From the NCBI GenBank assembly GCA_963664015.2, contig CAXXLF010000002.1, positions 256,001 to 320,000 of the forward strand: 64,000 nt of DNA, in the 5' to 3' direction. Made by a program: the position numbers and the translations under genes. The DNA comes from Candidatus Binatia bacterium. Lineage in GTDB: Bacteria; Desulfobacterota; Binatia; UBA9968; CAXXLF01. Positions 61,022-64,000 of this stretch are shown piece by piece. Each line of letters starts with the position of its first letter. Position 1 is the first letter of the stretch. The notes under the pieces are model-generated. The model was not told the DNA's origin and did no database searches. It was given only the letters and a program-made list of their open reading frames with translations.

Positions 61022-62129
61022 ATGATAAAAGCTTCAGGCTTGCGAAAGACCTATCCCGTTTAACATGACGACGTGCACGAGGTGCGCGCCGTCAATGGAA
61101 TAAGTTTTGACATCTCTACAGGCTCATTCGATAGCCTTTTGGGTCCCAGCGGGTGCGGCAAGAGTACGGCGCTGCGATGTGTAGCGGGGTTGAAAACACC
61201 GGATGCGGGAGAGATCACCATCGGGTGATCAGGTCGTATTTTCTTTGGAGAAGCAAATCTTTATACCCCTAACAAAGGGACGTCGGAATGGTCTACCAGT
61301 CCTATGCCATTTGGCCTCACATGAACGTCTTCGAGAACGTAGCCTTCCCTTTGAAGGTCAAATGGAAGAGACGGCCGGCAAATGAGATTCGAGAGAAGGG
61401 AAGAGAGGGCTTAAGAATGGTCGGGTTGGAGGGTTTCAAGACCGTCCCTCGATTCAATTGAACGGAGGCCAGCAGCAGCGAGTCGCGGTAGCCAGGGCCC
61501 TGGCACAGGAACCCAAGGCCCTATTGATGGACGAACCATTGAGCAATCTGGACGCCAAGCTGCGGGAGCAGATGCGAGTCGAGCTGACAGAGTCATTAAC
61601 ACGTTTAAACCTCACCACGCTTTACGTGACCCATGACCAGTTGGAAGTGTTTACCCTGTCCCAAGCCATCGGGGTTATGAACGACGGTATGATTGTTCAG
61701 GGAGGCGTCCCACTGGAGATTTATAATCGACCCACAAGTAAATTCATAGCTGATTTCGTCGGGCTCGCCAATTCCTTCAGGGGCAAGGTGGCCGGAGCCC
61801 AGAATCCCAATGCACTGGCGCTTGTCGACAGCACTATTGGGCGCTTGCGTTGTCTCATTCCGGATACATTACAAAAAGGGAATGAGGTGATCGGAGCAAC
61901 CAGGCCTGAGAATATCGAGACAATGATGGAACCTTCTAGCACTGGCGAGAATTGCATCCCAGGCAAGATCAAGAGCGCAACCTTCCTTGGCGCAACCTGT
62001 GACTGTCCTGTTTTAGTCGGCGAAGAAATCGTGCGTGTTTGGTTGTACCCGATGTCCGACGTGAAAAAGGATCAGCCGATCTCTTTAAAATTTCCCGTCG
62101 TGAATTGTTCAGTCATTGGGTTGAACTAG
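61022..62129 (+). pseudogene. ABC transporter ATPase (FbpC/PotA-like) with stops and frameshifts
   Basis: [24 protein letters not shown] / ..QSYAIWPHM / GGQQQRVAVARAL..LLMDEPLSNLDAKLR..YVTHDQ. Confidence 0.88.
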
Positions 62130-62141
62130 AAAGGATATTTT

Positions 62142-62579
62142 TTAGTCCGGGTTTTCTTTACCCGTCCGAGGTCTGAACTTGGGAAGGGATATTTTAACGT
62201 CGGCCTCCTCAAAGACCACCTCAACGGGCATACCGATGGCCACGCAATCCAATAGGCAATCCACAACGTTACTGCACAACCTTGGCCCCTCATCCAGTTC
62301 TATCCAGGCGACAATGTAGGGGACCTCTTTTTCGAATCCTTTACCTCCTCGGGGGGTAACTTGCCGAATGATCGTAAACGAATAAACCGTTCCCTTTCCG
62401 CTAACGCCACTCCATTCCAATTGGTCGCTGCCGCACTCCGTACATGCGGGACGAGGAGTCCAGACGAATTCGTTACAGGCGCGGCAATGCTGGAGCGCAA
62501 GCCGATGTTCCCGCATCGCATTCCAAAAAGGTTCGGTCAATGGTGTGATGCTAGGAAGGGGTTTTATCTCATCGGCCAT
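62142..62579 (-). CDS. Zn-ribbon/OB-fold DUF35 protein
   Basis: PFW..L.LQHCRAC..PRPACTEC..SGKGTVYSFT..ELDEGPR..IGMPVEVVF. Confidence 0.9.
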   Translation of the reverse strand: MADEIKPLPSITPLTEPFWNAMREHRLALQHCRACNEFVWTPRPACTECGSDQLEWSGVSGKGTVYSFTIIRQVTPRGGKGFEKEVPYIVAWIELDEGPRLCSNVVDCLLDCVAIGMPVEVVFEEADVKISLPKFRPRTGKENPD

Positions 62580-62582
62580 CGA

Positions 62583-63773
62583 TTATGGCTCCTTGCCCAG
62601 GATGGCCACTGAGGTACAACCCAGGTTCTTACCATACGCCGTCGCGCCCAGCCCCGTGATCAAGCCAATCCGGGCATCCTTGACCTGCCGACCCATGGCT
62701 TCACTCCTGAGTTGACGCACCGCTTCCCCGATATGCACCATTCCTCCTGCAGTGGAGGGCTGTCCACAGTTGATGATCCCGCCGCCTGTCTGGATGGGTA
62801 GCTGCCCCTGATAGGAGAAATCGGTGGATTCGAAAAAAGGGATATCACCTTTACGACAAAAACCCAGGTCTTCGATCTGCATAAGGACGATGATCACGTA
62901 GTCGTCATACAGGCCTAGAAAATCGATTTCCCCATGGGTAACACCAGCCATCTTGAAAGCTTTCTCGCCGGCATCCCGAATCCCCATAATTAATGGATCG
63001 GAACTGGATCTCGGCCCAAAACTCGGGTTGTCCCTTTCGCCGAAACCTAAAAGATAAACGGGCGGTTTCGCCAGTTGCCGGGCTCTTTCAGGAGATGCAA
63101 CGATAAACGCCTTGCCTCCATTGGCCGGCATCACACAATCCAGGAGCCGTATAGGATCGGCAATGAGCCTTGAAGTTTTGTAATCCTCAAGTGTCATGGG
63201 TTTGTTCAAATAGGCGCTGGGGTTTAGCGAGGCGTGATACCGTGCCGTTACCGCTATTTTTCCCAGATGATCCAGCGACGTGCCGAACTCATGCATGTGT
63301 CGTCGCATGACTAGAGCGATCCTACTGTTGGGGCCCATCATGCCATAGGGAAGCTCAAAATCACGAGTTTCTTCCGACTGGACACTCGTATGGGATTCTG
63401 AGAAAGGTGCCGCTGCCGCCACACAGAGAACCAGGTCCACCAACCCCGCACTGATGGCTGCGGACGCCTGACCTAAAAGAGACACGGCACTTGCGCCACC
63501 ATTGCCCCCCGCCATGAGGAGCCCCGGAGAGATCCCCAGGATTTCCGCGGCCTCTTCGGGCCAGAAAGGTTGACTGTAGTTAGCCGTGTAGATCGCTGCG
63601 AGACCTTGTCCCTCAAGATCCTTCTTTTCCAGACCGGCATCCTCCAGGGCCAATCGCGCAGCCCAGGACAGGTATTGGGCCATCGTCTTGCGTGGCTCTC
63701 CGGGCTTTCGCCCCATGCGGTCCACGGGAGTCTCACCGCAACCCACAATAGCCGCTTTTCCCTTGATACTCAT
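62583..63773 (-). CDS. thiolase-fold protein (SCP2/Ltp2-like)
   Basis: AAIVGCGET, RRHMHEFG, HASLNP, DPIRLLDC, LYDDY, TGGG, EAVRQLR..RQV. Confidence 0.88.
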   Translation of the reverse strand: MSIKGKAAIVGCGETPVDRMGRKPGEPRKTMAQYLSWAARLALEDAGLEKKDLEGQGLAAIYTANYSQPFWPEEAAEILGISPGLLMAGGNGGASAVSLLGQASAAISAGLVDLVLCVAAAAPFSESHTSVQSEETRDFELPYGMMGPNSRIALVMRRHMHEFGTSLDHLGKIAVTARYHASLNPSAYLNKPMTLEDYKTSRLIADPIRLLDCVMPANGGKAFIVASPERARQLAKPPVYLLGFGERDNPSFGPRSSSDPLIMGIRDAGEKAFKMAGVTHGEIDFLGLYDDYVIIVLMQIEDLGFCRKGDIPFFESTDFSYQGQLPIQTGGGIINCGQPSTAGGMVHIGEAVRQLRSEAMGRQVKDARIGLITGLGATAYGKNLGCTSVAILGKEP

Positions 63774-63799
63774 GATCTCTCCAGAGGAAGCATTCGAGC

Positions 63800-64000
63800 T
63801 TAGACCACACCTTCCGTTTTGAGTTTCTGAATACTGGAATCGTCGTAATTGAGCCTTTTTAAAACCTCGTCCGTATGTTCTCCCAGGATGGGTGGTGCCG
63901 ACTTGATTTCAGGCGGAGTACGGCTCAGGTTAATCCCGCTTCCCACCAAACGCATGGACCCCATTCGTGGATGGGTCACTTCGACAGGAAAGCCGTACTC
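63800..64000 (-). CDS. CaiB/BaiF class III CoA-transferase, C-terminal end (partial)
   Basis: ..HPRMGSMRLVGSGINLSRTPPEIKSAPPILGEHTDEVLKRLNY..LKTEGVV*. Confidence 0.85.
   Translation of the reverse strand, partial: EYGFPVEVTHPRMGSMRLVGSGINLSRTPPEIKSAPPILGEHTDEVLKRLNYDDSSIQKLKTEGVV

Noticed and set aside
603-63803. Many antisense or overlapping ORFs (e.g. 603-1256, 23748-24557, 34886-35623, 57222-57986, 58514-59200)
   Set aside because: They are shadows of well-supported opposite-strand genes and have no recognisable motifs.
1-64000. CRISPR array, rRNA/tRNA, transposase, integrase or prophage genes
   Set aside because: No repeat-spacer periodicity, cloverleaf or recombinase motifs were recognised by eye. 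A covariance-model search was not possible.

Overview
This is a bacterial window of roughly 50-55% GC (estimated by eye), almost entirely a catabolic and uptake region for aromatic or heteroaromatic compounds. It holds six phthalate-4,5-dioxygenase/LigX-type Rieske oxygenases and one alpha/beta ring-hydroxylating dioxygenase with a Gfo/Idh/MocA dehydrogenase. There are also six amidohydrolase-2 genes, gentisate-dioxygenase-like and other cupins (one triplicated), LigB-type extradiol dioxygenases, three UbiD genes, two ornithine-cyclodeaminase-family genes and several SDRs. Transport genes include a four-copy TctC-like array with a TctA-TctB fusion, Fe3+-type ABC components and an MFS transporter. 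lpdA and a CaiB/thiolase-like/DUF35 unit lie near the right end. This family mix resembles Binatota-like or Deltaproteobacteria-like MAGs (inference only). About 20 genes are broken by frameshifts, nonsense codons or deletions. The strongest hidden feature is absent from the ORF track: an 85-aa CMD/AhpD-like gene (33642-33899, minus) with an in-frame TGA completing a CxxU motif and a SECIS-like hairpin just downstream, i.e. a probable selenoprotein. Other notable items are signal-less binding-protein-fold genes next to Rieske genes, a Cys-less racemase/maleate-isomerase homologue, a heme-oxygenase-like diiron protein in a ring-cleavage operon, a globin in a decayed integron-like cassette, and a dif-like site. 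No rRNA, tRNA, CRISPR array, transposase, Rieske reductase/ferredoxin or transcription regulator was recognised.
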